Assembly: GCA_907165135.1 (NCBI GenBank)
Contig: OU015567.1
Coordinates: 5,270,001-5,334,000, forward strand
Direction: 5' to 3'
Source of the DNA: Oikopleura dioica
Lineage: Eukaryota > Animalia > Chordata
DNA: 64,000 nucleotides
Shown: positions 11,001 through 23,649 of the stretch, piece by piece
Layout of the letters: each line of letters begins with the position of its first letter
Numbering within the stretch: the first letter of the stretch is position 1
Made by a program: the position numbers and the translations under genes
Notes under the pieces: generated by a model
The model's database searches: none
What the model was told of the DNA's origin: nothing
Seen by the model: the letters and a program-made list of their open reading frames with translations, nothing else

Positions 11001-13540
11001 TAAGGGAATTTTCGAAATCTACGCTGGATTTTAGGTAGGGTTTCTTTGAAAAATGAATAAATTCGTAACAGGGATTCGGCGCTACGAAAGTTCAATATTC
11101 AAGGCTATATCCTTAAGGCAATAAAAAATGATTTTTCTGAATGATCTCTGATTCATCAGTAAAAGTTTCAGAATTGATAATTTTGGTCGGTGGTCGGTGC
11201 CGACCCTAGCGTAAATTACTAACCACTCTCGAACTCGACAAAAAATTTCGACAAATTTTGAAAGAAAATTTTCAACGAATCAGAAGTCTGGATTCGGCTG
11301 ACCGGCCAGTCAGTTGTCGACTAGCCGCCTACGCAAAATTTGTCAAAATTTTTTGTCGGTTCCTGACGCCACACTCTTAAAATTCGAGAAAAAATCAAAT
11401 AAGGGTGTCACTATCTTAAATAAACGAAGAGAATCTTCTTCGCTAACCTCTAATCTCGCGGCGAAATTCATGACAACAGGACCCTTTATCTTGAAATCGC
11501 CCAAAAGGTCGAAGGAAGCCAAGGACTGGTAAAGAATGTATCTCAGCGGCCTATTTCCAGTCAGTTTCCCGAATTCGAAAATGTCAAAGTTCCAGGACGC
11601 GATTTCCTGCAGCTGGCGTTTTATGTCGTCCGTGAATCCCGCGAGGTCGTTTTTGCCGATTGTGAGTTTTTCCATTCGAATTGCGGCGCTGATTCCCGCG
11701 ACGATTCCTTTTAGCCCTTTTCGGCGAGACTCCCCTTAACAAAAATTAAGGGAAGAAAACGGGAAAAAGGAGCGGTTACCGACAGATCTGGTTGAAGATT
11801 TGGGAGGAGTAAAAGTCGACATGAGCCATTGCCGAACTTCTTTTGGAACTGTCGAGTCAATTTTGACCAGATCATTTTTGATGGGCGAACCTCTCAGAGA
11901 TGTTTTGAGAAGCTAGGAAAAGACTTGAAATCAAGGAGGAAAGAAATGAGGCACCTGAACCGCAAGTTTTGTTGGACCGATGAGTTCTTCAACTGTTACG
12001 TTTTTCTCGGCTTCGTGTCTATCAATTAGAGTTTCGAGGCTAAAGAATTGATATTATCAAGGAGACACCCTTATTTATTAAAAATTTTCAAATGAAACAC
12101 TTTTACCAAATTTTTGGTCACATTTGCCCGCTCAAATTCTAATTCCGGCTCAGGGCCAATCAGATTTCAGAAAAAAAAAACAAAATAATTTTTCCCATTT
12201 TTCGTCATTTTGGGCCAAAATTTGACCAAAAATTTTTGTTAAAATTATCGCATTTTCTTTCGATCAATCTCTTCAATCGATCAGCTCACTCAATGATTAA
12301 GGGTCTACTTAACAATTCAGCCAGATTTTCGTTGACTTTTTCCGCCTCCGAGGTCATTCGGGGTCACTTTTTTCTTTCTCTTTTTTTCTCCAAAAATGTT
12401 TGTCTGGTCCAAAAAATGACAGATTCGACGTGATTCTGGTCGATCTTTGGAGTGGAATCAGCACAAGTGTTATTATAAATATTGAATTTTTGCTTCTTAA
12501 AAAATCATCCACGAACAAAAACGTAGATAGAGCGTCTTGATTCGGGCGTTTTCTCCTTGCAATTTGGCTAATTGCTAAAAGCGTGAGTCTCTTTCGCCGG
12601 CTGAAACTGGGCTTCTGGGTCTGAAGGTCTTTTGGGATTTCAAGAAAGAAAAAAAGAAGGACAAGAACACAGACAATCTCCTCATTGACTTTTAGACGGA
12701 TTCTTTATTTTTATGAAGAAAAGAGACTATCAAAACGTCAAAAAAGACGAGACGGGGAAAGATTGTAATAGGATTATTCGGAGAAATGGGCTGAATTGAG
12801 TCTGCTAAACATGCAGCTGAATTTATAGTCTACTAAAGGGACAGACATTCTTATTTTCGAGCAAATACGGTTGAAATGCTCGTGGCTGGGCTTGACAATC
12901 CAGAGTTGCAACTTGCAAGTTTTGCTTTATTTTTGCTGAGCTGAGCTGACCTGATAAAAAAATCTTTGAGCTGAGCTGGCCTATTACAGAGGTCACTGAG
13001 CTGATCTGAGCAGACCTTTATTTTAAGGTAGTTGAGCTGGGCTGAGCTGAGCAGAGCTTAATTAGAGCTGAGCTGGTTGAGCTGAGCTGAGCCATTTTTT
13101 ATTGTGTTTTTAATTGTAAAATTGTGTAATGATCATTGAGCTGAGCTGAGCTAAGTGATAATTGTCTGAGCTGAGCAACTTCGAAAATACTTAAGCTAAG
13201 CTGAGCAGATCAGATCATTTTCAGGAATCACCGTCGGCTCAGCTAGCTCAGCTCAGCAAATTTGCAGCTCTGCGACAATTTGTGAAGAAAACCTGAGTCA
13301 GTATCCCTCGATAGTTTTGAGAGCTCTCTCAGGACCCTGACTCAGTTGTTTTACAGTTTACTGTAACAGTTTGCTAAGTCAGGATTGTCGATGACTTACC
13401 GTTTGGCAACCTGGCTCAACTGCGTCTTCCTGAATCTGTCTCTCGGCCGCAGCCCCAAAATCCACAGTGCTCTTTCTTTCGAGCTCATATTTTCAGCCTT
13501 CTGCTCTTCGGAGTAAAGCATTTTCTTAATTCGATCGAGC
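8079..13540 (-). CDS. PDE1: Ca2+/calmodulin-dependent cyclic nucleotide phosphodiesterase 1
   Basis: Exons encode VPKEVRQWLMSTFT, IASWNFDIFE, NPYHNDIHAADVTQ, IHDVSHTGTTNNFHI...LYNDRS, LATDM, LHSADISH, EEFFLQGDQE..SPLCDR and IIEPTF. HTGTTNNFHI and the EVRxWLxSTFT segment are PDE1-type. The first exon is uncertain. Confidence 0.9.
8440..8612. repeat. Irregular minisatellite with AAGCGGCAC core in a PDE1 intron
   Basis: About seven units of 20-31 bp, each with AAGCGGCAC or a close variant. Confidence 0.75.
9764..11116. mobile_element. Foldback MITE flanked by TTAA with GG termini (Kolobok-like)
   Basis: TTAA-GGATATAGCCTTG...CAAGGCTATATCC-TTAA. Arms 9768-10055 plus 10615-10684 pair with about 10753-11112. 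Confidence 0.8.
10056..10612. mobile_element. TA-flanked MITE (Tc1/mariner-like TSD) inserted in the left arm of the TTAA element
   Basis: TA at 10054-55 and 10613-14; termini CTGATGGGGTG / CACCCCATCGG; internal inverted repeat 10077-10108 versus 10320-10351 and AATACCAA/TTGGTATT arrays. Confidence 0.75.
11237..11365. mobile_element. Dispersed ~120-bp repeat family A (CCAATCAGAAGCC core, AAAAATTTCGACAAATT inverted ends)
   Basis: Related copies at about 34895-34980, 50278-50375, 53500-53632, 59462-59600, 63055-63200 and 63822-63945, mostly intronic. Confidence 0.8.
12901..13272. mobile_element. hAT-like MITE with (GAGCT)n arrays
   Basis: Termini CAGAGTTGCAA / TTGCAGCTCTG; flanks TGACAATC / CGACAATT (6 of 8 match); a related copy lies at 35520-36080. 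Confidence 0.8.
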
Positions 13541-13818
13541 TAACATGATTATATATAGGACTCTGGCCTTTCAGTTTTCTGTCGCACCGAGTCACTCATC
13601 CTTCAAATTCGGACAATCGAGGGTTTTTTCTTCGAAATACAAATTCTTAAAAAAAGATCTTCACTTGTTTATTTTTGTTTACTTTTTCTTATCCAATCGA
13701 CTTTATGTCAAATTGAAGTAAATTTTTAAGGGGCTCACTATATTAATTTTTTATCTATTCAATACCAGAAAATATGATTTTGTCAACCCTCTTACTTTCC
13801 CTTCCCCTTTTCTCTTTG

Positions 13819-16134
13819 CTATTTTCTCAGAATAATAGATGCAAATGAATTAACAAAATTATATACGGACCAAAAATAAGCTCCCTTGGATTTATTGAAT
13901 TTAGGGATTGCTCTGAGTTGAGTCCAGTTCTTGGCGATTTTCACTGCTTTTCTATTTCTCTCTTTTTTCAGATTCTCAAATATAATTTTTAAACTAACCT
14001 TCAATAAAAGAGCCGCGGCGATTAACAGCTTCGCAGACGGAGAAAAGAAGAAATTGGCGATTAGCGATAGATTTGAAAAACTGTCCGATATTCTCTTCGG
14101 TGGAATTATTAAACGCCCTTCGATAGGAGTTAGATACTGACAGATATTTTTCGAGTGACAATTGTCAAAATTTGATGCGTGTTTGAAGATTTAATCACCT
14201 GCTCTTACAGAGTTCTTTCTCTGTGAAATTGCTATTTTAGTATTTGCCCTTGCGGCGAACTTCATAAATGGCTGAGAGGTCAGAATTCAGTTATTCTTTT
14301 TTGAGGGCAAAGAGTTTTTTGAAGGCATCTTCGTTGGCAAGATGTTCAAAAATCTGGTTTTCTTATCGCCCTCAAGCAGAACATTGCCAGCTGCAGAAGA
14401 CTGTATAAAGCCAAGGAAATGGTCCTTATGATAACACAAAATGAAAAGTCAGAAACCTTCTTAGTTTACTTAAAATTCTCGCTGCTGAAATCATAAATAA
14501 AAAGCCTATTTCTTAAAATTTTACTTCAGAATTAAAAAGAACATTTATCTTAGGCGTACATATCCATACAAGCATCTATCTCCTCCATCATTCTTATCGA
14601 TGATCCTTATTTAGTTGTTACTACGAGCATTATCGAGATTGGAATCGCCCACCGAAGGGAGGCTTCTTTCCAGGCTTCAGTCCTCAATTTCCCGTTCAAG
14701 GAGCTAAACCAGAATGGAAGCCGGTTTATGCTCCCCATGCGAAAGACGACTGCGAGAACGAGAAGGACATAAAGCCGGAAGAAGAGGGAATCCAGTTTCA
14801 AGCGAAAATCGAGCAAGAAGAAGCGATTCAAAAATTCAACTACCAGCGTCGACGAAATCACGTGAGTTTTCAGCGGCGTTTTCGATCATCATTGGTGATG
14901 TTTTTTTTTTAAGAAAATCGTTCGATGCGTGATCATGGCGGCCATGTCGATCGGATTCGGATTTGGAATCTTTTTCGTGCTCCTCCGACTCTTCCGAGCT
15001 CGGCGGCGACGAAGAGCTCTTCTTGTGGCTGCCGAAGTTGCTGATAAGACTGAAAAGCAGCCACTCATCATCGCATAAATCAACCCTTTCCGTTTCTTTA
15101 TTTTCTTTTGCATGCTTCAATAAAATCTCTCCTAGTTTCACACCATTTGAAATTGGTGAGATCCAGTATCTTAGTCGCGATTTTGACTTTGGGTTATGGA
15201 ATCAAGGAAGATGACACGCACGACGCAGGTAAGAGGCGTCTATTTTGGAAAAAAGCAATGATTTTTAACGGCTCAATGTTTCTCCTTGTTTTTGTTAATA
15301 AAGGCTTGTCTATTTATGTCGATTTCTATTGCCCATAATTTTGACCCGTTTTTCTCATAACAAAATGTCTATATTTAGTGAATTTATTCGTAGCATCTAA
15401 ACGGAAAAATTGTTTTGTATAATTGGTTTATACGCAATAATCAGCATTGACTTCGAGAAGAACAGGTTCTAGATTTAATGCAGAAGCAGTAATTCCGATG
15501 AAAACGTTTTTAACCAACCGATTTTCTTTGAAATCGAGTCGTTGAATTGGAGTTCGAAGGCCAGAGACGAGGAAAATCGAGTTTTGAATCCTTATTGAGG
15601 ACCCATATAAGTCACGCTTAATCAAACTCTTTTTTAATAAAAATATTTCAACTTACGTAAATTAGGTCGGTTATATAATTCCAAACGTTGTTTTTAAGAC
15701 GCCACACTTGTTTAGAAAATTTTAAATCTAATATTGAAACCCCTCCGGCGAGCAAAAGACCTCCGCCAGGAAGGCCATTCAAATAATAACCACCTAAACC
15801 ACTTAAAAGATTTGCATAACGAAATATTCTTTAAAAGATACCTTATAGGGAAATCCGCTAACGTCGTCCACCCAGAAGGACCCAGAGTCTCCGTTTTATT
15901 TGTTGGTTCAAAAAAGCCAGTATCATAATTTCCAACAACTGTTGGATTTCCTTTGTTAAGCCAGAGTTCTAGATCTGATGAACAAGGATAGGATGCCCGG
16001 TCATCAAGGGGGTAGTCCTCGGTTTTGAGAAAATCGGGATTTTCAAATTTTCTTTCCAGATTCTGAAAGCTCGTCTGAAGAGCTACAAACTTCGTACTGA
16101 TCATTTTTCTCAAATGTGAGAGGAAAGCTTCCAA
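13819..16134 (-). CDS. Uncharacterised multi-exon probable membrane protein
   Basis: Same-strand open segments separated by short intron-like gaps (15712-16134, 15428-15625, 14836-15141, 14607-14861, about 13819-14140), with hydrophobic stretches such as LFFRLYVLLVLAVVF and WAIPISIMLVV. No family motif recognised. Confidence 0.4.
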
Positions 16135-16599
16135 AATTTCGCTTGAAAAGCGAGATTTTGATGAAAAATTTGGAAAATTTTAAATTTTTTGGCTTTTTAA
16201 TCCAAAGTTAGAGTGTTATTTTGATTTTTGACGGTCTTCAGATCACGAAAATGACCATCCTTAATGGAGGACTCTACTGAAGCTTAACATCATCTGTCAG
16301 ATTGTCCACTTTGGACATTGACCATGTTACATGGTCCATGTTCAAAGGCTTGAAAATTACAAGTTGTTAATCCCCGTAATCATGGTCAGGTCCTCGATGT
16401 CATTGGTCTCAAATACAATGAGCTCTTCGCTGATGGCCTCGATTAGATATCTATTTATAGAAATTCTTCAAGTGAAGGCCACAAATGGCCATAAGAAGAC
16501 TTATTACTTCCTAGTTTTTCGATAAATTATTTTTTTCGAAAGTTTTAAAAGTAAAAATTTATCGGGAAAAAGCGCTGACCGATGAGTGTTAAAAATATT

Positions 16600-19500
16600 T
16601 ACACCTTCATATTTTCTTGCTTAGCTCTCATTGAAATAAGTATTTAGGACTCTGTGTAAAAGGCAAGTTGTGTTGACTGATGTGAAAATTTGGTTGAGAA
16701 AGTAGGAACAATTGTTTTTGTGTCGAAAATCTCGCATTCTGTCCCTTTATAGGGAAAGCAAAGTAATGCTTTGGAACCACCGTCGATCGAAAGCGCAGCA
16801 CCCTTTTCACCGATTGGGTTGATTAATCGTGTTTTCTGTTCTTCCCACAAGCAACCTCTCAGTTTCGCAATCTTAATTTTATTTCTTTCAATGTTGTTTA
16901 TACTTCATACTTTGTGTTCACCGAATTTACCACCAAAAATAAAGAGCTCATCTTTTATTAACGCATGTCTGACCGACTCAAGATAGTCATTTGTCGGTGC
17001 CTTATTAACTGCTGGTTTCTTAATTGATCCATCTAAAGAAATCGAGAAGGCGGTTTGCAAGTCTGTGCTCATAACCAACAGTCTTGTTTGGTCGAACTTG
17101 GAGGAGTAAATGAAGTTTTTCAGTTTCGTGTGCCGGTCAAACTTAAAAATTCGAATTCTTTTGTTTTTTATATTTTTCAGGCCGCGCATAATGATTTCTT
17201 TTTGATTTTTCTTATTATTCTTTTTGAATTCATTAAATTGTACTTGTTCAATAAATTGTACTGGAGTCAGAAAAATCTGCAGCGCTTTTGTCATTTTGAA
17301 GCGCATTTGAAGTAGGTAATTCCTATTTAAGGCGCGCTTATTCTATTATTATTCAATAAAGTTATTATTGAACTCTTTCTGAATAATTCTTAAATATGAT
17401 GATTGCGTTGAATAAGATGAGTCGAAATCAAATGTCAATTTTTTCGTATTGTCGACATGAGTCTTTAAAAGAATGCGCCCATGAAAATACTCTGAATCGA
17501 TCCAAAGAGAGTTATTTTTATATACACCAAAGGTCAAGAGATTAGTTTCGTCGTAAAACTTTAACTCAAGAATTTTTTTCTCATTAAAATCAATTGATTT
17601 TTCTTTGAATTCTATGTCAAGCTGTAAGCGTTCTTTTTTAATTAATTTCATCTCGATAGTTGAAATATGTTTTAATTCTCCAAGCGAACTAAAATGATAG
17701 TCTGGAATGATGGTTGTCGAATACGTTTTGACCGGGAATGCCGGCTGGGCAATAGCATTTTTCGAAAACCCGGGAAAGATATCGTCGTGGAATGCAAAAT
17801 ATGGATTGCTTTGCAGGAGCATATTCTGCTGCGGCTGCTGGAGGACGAATTCAAGCTCGATTGAGTCTTTCAAGGAATTTTTTAAATAGATAAATATGAG
17901 CCAAGTGAAAACACACAATTTTTTAAAACAACGGTTAAGAAGAGACTGCCCTTAGTTAGCCCCGAGTTAGTAACAAGTAGGATTACATATTAATTATTCC
18001 TTCCGAAATCATAGTCAACTCGAAATGTGAGATCAAAGACGTAATTTTGAATATAGATTTTTTCGTCGTTGATGATTCCATTCGCGAAGTATTCGCATTC
18101 GTCTTTGTTGACTCCAACCAAATCAGTATAGAGAGGATCATTTTGAGAAAACAGCTTTGAATAACAAATAGAAGGTTTTTTGTATTTATCCAAAGAACCA
18201 ATCCATTCGCTCCCCAGGGTCAGAAATTTACCATCTGCTTCTAGCAGTACTGAGTACAGTGTGTTCGACAGAATAATACTTCTTGCTACAATTATTAAAA
18301 GAAGTCTCCCCAAATCGATCTTTATTGAGTCAAAAGGGTCAATTTTCTAAATATCTCCAAGAATATTACTTTTAACTCATTCCAATGGAACCACGTGAAC
18401 AAGATCAAGGTCACTTATCTCTGCTGGAACTCGCAAATCGCTTTTTTTCCAGCCCTTTTCCAATTCTTCATCCCTTCTTATACTGTTCAGAGCAGTTGTT
18501 TTTGACAATTTTATGTAATGGTCTCCTAGCTTGACGCTCATCAGATAAAATACTCCCTTGAAGCTGAGCGAAGATACTTTGGCATTGAAATGGTTGCTCG
18601 CGATGAAGCCCTGTGCTTCTTCGAAACGGTTCAAGTTGTAATCTGGAGCGTAATAGAAGCATTTATCTTCTCTACCTGTTGGGCGGCTTTGTTGGATCAA
18701 AATTTTATTCAGGTATTTAATGTAAACTGTATTAAGATATAAATATGTTCCGACCTTTCCAGATAACAACGACTGAAAACACTCGTCTGTCCTTCTCTTT
18801 GTTGCGAATCTCAATTTGATGAGTTCCGATGGATGATCCAAAATGAAAAACGAAGAAGCCACTTTGGTATTTCATTGAAAGTTTTTCTTCAATTTGAGTA
18901 AACTTACATTCTTTTGTGTCGATTTGGAACAAGATCAGATGAATCCCCAGTTTCCTTGATTTTCATCATGTTTCCGATTGCATCAACCAAGTAATGCTCG
19001 CCATTCAAGAAAGTGCAACCGGTTGACTTTCACGGTTTTTTTCAATGATAGTTTCGATTTCGCTTAAGGACCCCCCCTGTCAGCTTTTTCGTCCGAAAAA
19101 TGGAAATTTTGAAAACACCATATTTTTAGTTCTTCATGCGTCATCAGGTTAAACTTGATGCAAAAACTCGATGAGAGAAATTTTTGACCAAGAAAAATCA
19201 ATATTTTTGCCAAAATTAGGGCGAATTCGTCGAAATTTTTGACGAAATGCCCAATTTTCAAATGCGATTTTTGGGGCAAAGGAGTCGAGATAGACCCCCA
19301 AAAAATAAAGCCTCAAAATCGTTTTTTGACCCGTAGAATCCATTTCCGGGGTCCGAATTTTGTTATTCCGAAATTTGATTTTTGAAAAAAGCTGACGAGG
19401 GGGGGCCCATAATTATTGCAATTAATTAAAACGTTCATGAGAAAAAAGTCTTTGGCTTGCTTTTGAAAGTGTTATAACTTTGGTTGTGATAAGAGATCCG

Positions 19501-21730
19501 TTATTCGGTTTGAGATTAGAAAACATAATAGGAAACTTTTTGAAATCCGCTTTGCGATCGACTAAACCAATTTTTTTGATTCTTCTCGTAATAAATTCAA
19601 CACCTAGATTCATTTCCAAAGGAATCTTTGGGACTAAAAATTGATCAAAACTTTTCTAAAAATCTAACATCTAGTAAATATCTCGCGTTTTGATTTCATC
19701 AATTTTCCTTCAATGCTTTTCCCCTTCTTCAAATTCCAGACAGGGACAACCGTTTGTTCATTTTCAACTTTCTCGCACTGATAATAAAGACAAGGACATC
19801 CTGCTTTGCAGTATTTCTCAAAAGGACAAATTTCACCAGCAAAGTCATGTGTTCTCGTCAAGCCAAAGCAGATATTTTCGCAGGAATTGAAATTCGTCTT
19901 CCTTGTTGACTGCAGGACGAGTGACTGAGAACAGAGATGACGGCAAATATATTGGTCTTTCAGATGGTTTTCTTAGCATCAGAGTTCCAAATTCACCCTT
20001 TCACTTTCACCCAAGGGTGAGGTGAAAATTTTTCACCCAAACCTCACCTTTGGATGAACTAAGGTGAAAGCCAATTTTCAAAAAAATTAGGTGAGGTGAG
20101 GTGAGGTGAACATTGTTCACCTAATTTTACCTAAAGGTGAAGTTGTCTGAAAGTCGATTTTGAAAAATTTTAGGTGAGGTGAAGTGAGGTGAAAAATTTT
20201 CACCTATTAGTAGGGGAAATCACTAATAATTCTACTTTTTTTCTGGGCTTAGTAGGGTGGGAATATAATACAGTTTTAGAAAGCCCAGGAGCTGGTGATC
20301 ATTTTCACTATTGAAAGTAGGGGGTGATTTTGTACCCTGAGGGCATTTAGGTACCTCGGAAGTCCGAAAATCTGGCCAATTTCAGAAATGGGAATTTTTG
20401 AAGCCCTAACTAAGCCTTTGAAGGGCTGCCTACTACCCTAGATTGTAGTCCAGGCTCTAGCGGTCATTTTGAGCTCAAGAAAACCTGGGAGGGGGGTGGG
20501 TCTGGTGGGAGCTAGAGGCTCTTGAAGTTGGGGAACTCCACAGGAATTGAGTACTTTTTTCCAAAAAGTACATGATTTCTGTCACAAATGTCTAACAAAG
20601 ACTATTAATAAATCTTTATTGATTTAAAAATGTTAAAGATGTCATTTGGGGTCATTTGAGGTCAGATCGGGTCACTTATCGGAATTTTCTGAATTTTTCA
20701 TAATTCTTGACCAAGAGTGACCTCAGATAACCTCAAATGACATCTTTAACATTTTTAAATCAATAAAGATTTATTAATAGTCTTTGTTAGACATTTGTGA
20801 CAGAAATCATGTACTTTTTGGAAAAAAGTACTCAATTCCTGTGGAGTTCCCCAACTTCAAGAGCCTCTAGCTCCCACCAGACCCACCCCCCTCCCAGGTT
20901 TTCTTGAGCTCAAAATGACCGCTAGAGCCTGGACTACAATCTAGGGTAGTAGGCAGCCCTTCAAAGGCTTAGTTAGGGCTTCAAAAATTCCCATTTCTGA
21001 AATTGGCCAGATTTTCGGACTTCCGAGGTACCTAAATGCCCTCAGGGTACAAAATCACCCCCTACTTTCAATAGTGAAAATGATCACCAGCTCCTGGGCT
21101 TTCTAAAACTGTATTATATGCCCATCCTACTTAGCCCAGAAAAAAGTCGAATTATTAGTGATTTCCCCTACCTATTAGGAAATTAAATTTCACCTAAAGG
21201 TGAACTTGGGTGAAAGCCGATTTTCGAAAATTTTAGGTGAGGTGAGGTCAGGTGAAGATTTTTCACCTTCACCCACCCTCACCTTGGTGAATCTTGGGTG
21301 AGGTGAATTTGGAACTCTGCTTGGCATTATTTCATGATATGATATAAAATATATGAGAACCATGGCATAGAATTGTTGTTTCTTGCATCGTCGTTTGTTT
21401 ATGAGATTTTCTGTGTCAGAAAATTCGATTTGCGCGACTTGTTCTCTTGTCGGTTGTTTAATTCCAACTGGTTGATCAAATTCCCTTGTTCTTATACAGT
21501 CATGAAGAAGATGTGCACAGTAATCCATGTCAGTAGTAAGCGTGCATTTCTTGAAACCGACTTGACAAACATTGGTCAAGTAAGTTGGTTGAACTCGAGC
21601 TGCAAGCATCGAATAATAATTCGCTGGGAATATGGTATTTAAGATTTTATACACTTGCGATTTTACTTATTGCGACGACGGTTCCCCAGAATATGCATCC
21701 AAGCAACATGTAAACAGAGAATTGTCGCAT
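16600..21730 (-). CDS. Secreted Cys-rich / kelch-like family protein, paralogue A
   Basis: Signal peptide MRQFSVYMLLGCIFWGTVVAI (ATG 21730); Cys motifs TYLTNVC...YCAHLLHDC and AGEICPFEKYCKAGCPCLYYQCEK; a middle domain clearly similar to 55299-56438; kelch-like ELFIFGG and LLCFPY...CEIFD. The 3' end is approximate. Confidence 0.7.
19064..19412. mobile_element. Degenerate TTAA-flanked MITE (Kolobok-like) in an intron
   Basis: TTAAGGACCCCCCCTGTCAGCTTTTTC at the left end; GAAAAAAGCTGACGAGGGGGGGCCCATAA at the right end. Confidence 0.6.
19980..21319. mobile_element. hAT-like MITE with (GGTGA)n arrays, host of a nested insertion
   Basis: TIR CAGAGTTCCAAATTCACC / GGTGAATTTGGAACTCTG; flanks CTTAGCAT / CTTGGCAT (7 of 8 match). 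Confidence 0.85.
20211..21170. mobile_element. 960-bp foldback hAT-like MITE
   Basis: TAGGGGAAATCAC...GTGATTTCCCCTA with a perfect 8-bp TSD CCTATTAG (20203-10 and 21171-78). Arms of about 450 bp are near-perfect reverse complements around a spacer of about 60 bp. Confidence 0.92.
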
Positions 21731-21799
21731 TGTTGAGTTGCCACTGCAAATGATTGAATAAATCAAACATTTGAATTTAATCGGGAGTTTCGACATTAC

Positions 21800-22381
21800 T
21801 TACTGGAGTGAGAAGCGTTTATTCGATTTCCAGAAATTGTCTTTTTCGAACTCGTCTGAGAAAAAACCCGTGAATCGTTCTGGAATTTCCCGCGCTGGAG
21901 TCTTGGTCTTTTTTCGATGAATTCGCTCCATCACTTTCACAAGCTCCATTCTTTTTTCATCTCTCGCATTATCGAACCCCTTTGCGACTCTCTCTCTGAA
22001 TCTATCTACCTTCCGTAAAGACCTCTGAAGAAGTCCTTCGTTTCCTCCGTCGTCCTCAATTTCCCTAGCTTCATTAAAACCCTCCACGAATTTTCTCGCC
22101 TTTTGGTTTGCGGTTTGAACCCTTTTCACAGGCTTGATTTTTCTCAGCTTTGGCATTAAAATTCCTCCACCGAGCTCGAGCAGTGTTTTCTTCACCTTGT
22201 TCGGAAAAAGCACGATGCCGTCGATTGTTTTCATCACTGTCCCTGTACAATGGCATTCCAAGCACTTGACATTTGCCAATTCGTTCAATTTTTTCTTTTT
22301 CTGTGGCAACTCGTTTCTTACAGATTCATTCGGAGCACCATCATTACTCTCTTCCTCGATACTCGATCGCATTAAAAGCAA
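21800..22381 (-). CDS. Uncharacterised basic/charged protein
   Basis: 193-aa open frame with protein-like composition and a CLECHC motif; a short upstream exon is possible. Confidence 0.45.
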   Translation of the reverse strand: MLLMRSSIEEESNDGAPNESVRNELPQKKKKLNELANVKCLECHCTGTVMKTIDGIVLFPNKVKKTLLELGGGILMPKLRKIKPVKRVQTANQKARKFVEGFNEAREIEDDGGNEGLLQRSLRKVDRFRERVAKGFDNARDEKRMELVKVMERIHRKKTKTPAREIPERFTGFFSDEFEKDNFWKSNKRFSLQ

Positions 22382-23649
22382 AAATCAAAATCTTCTATGG
22401 AACCGAAAAAAAATCAACTCCTGCCGCTTGTTGAATGCTCTGTTCGAGATCTTTGGAAGAGCTCCTCTTGTTAGTGTTCTCATAAAAGGCCGCCTCGGAA
22501 GGAATTTCCAAATCTGTCGGGATTATTTTTGCTCTTTCAATCTTCTCTCAATCTTTCCCTCCCAAGGCGGTTAGCCGAATCTTTTTGGAAAGATATTTTT
22601 CCTTCAAGTTGTTTCAAGAATACGGCCCAGTTTTGGGCTCCAAAAATTGACTTTACTAAAATTCAACTTAGTCAAATTACTCAACAGCGATCACCACCGC
22701 GCTACATGATGATAATATTAAATAAACTAAAATGTTCGAATAAATGATAGTCTTATGGTCTCTGAGATTTCGGAAATTTTCTTGATTTCGATCGGGGCTG
22801 AAATTTTTAAGAAGGTAGCAGGGGTCAACCTTCTTCCTTTTCAGAAAAGAATTGGTAAGAATTGAAGAATACGGCCCAATTCTGGGCTCCAAAAAGTAAA
22901 TTCACACACATCAGTGAACTGACTGAACTTTGTCAAGTTCCTCACTTAAGTCACAGTAAAGTTACGAGTGCGATCATTATCGAAGCTAACGAAGGATAGG
23001 AAGAATAATTCATAAAAATCCAAAAAATAGTCGTTTTATGGTCTTTGAAATTGAAAAAATTTTCTTGATTTTCGGCTTGATTTTTGTAAAAATCCTTTGA
23101 AATGTTGAAAATTCTAGATTTTTTCATCATTTTTTCATCGATTCGTGTTTCAAGTCAATATCATTTTTATTAAAAGAAAAGAAAAGCAGCGCAGAAATTG
23201 AGAGATTCAACAAATGCAGCATCTTCGCCTTTTTCTTTGATTAGAAATATGCACTATTTACAGGCATGCGCAGTCTGTCACTTACGGTAAAAAGTCTGTA
23301 AAAAGAAGCAAAACACATGATATATGGCAAGAAATCAGTGTGGAATAATACAAATGTGAAAAAAATAAAAATAGATAAATGAAAGTGTGAATTTCTGATC
23401 CAACAGGGCTTTTTTGGAATTATTTTTAGGATTTTCTTGGAATTCGTTTTCGATTTTCAGGAAGATGTTTCTGATGTAGGTATTGCTTGGTTTAGACGTT
23501 GGGAGACAAGGAAGAATCTCGTTGAGAATAGAGGTTACAGGGAGATTTGCTCGGATTGAGGAAGACCTTATTTTGGCTTTCAGACATTTTTCGTTTTCGG
23601 CTCAAAATTCTTAATTTTCAAGTATGAAGTTTGAGTTCAAAAAGTTTTT

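Larger units (their letters stand above)
9631..11209. mobile_element. Non-autonomous DNA element with 21-bp TIR, outer layer of a nest in a PDE1 intron
   Basis: CTAGGGTCGGCACCGACCACC at 9631-9651 and its exact reverse complement at 11189-11209. No TSD recognised. Confidence 0.7.
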
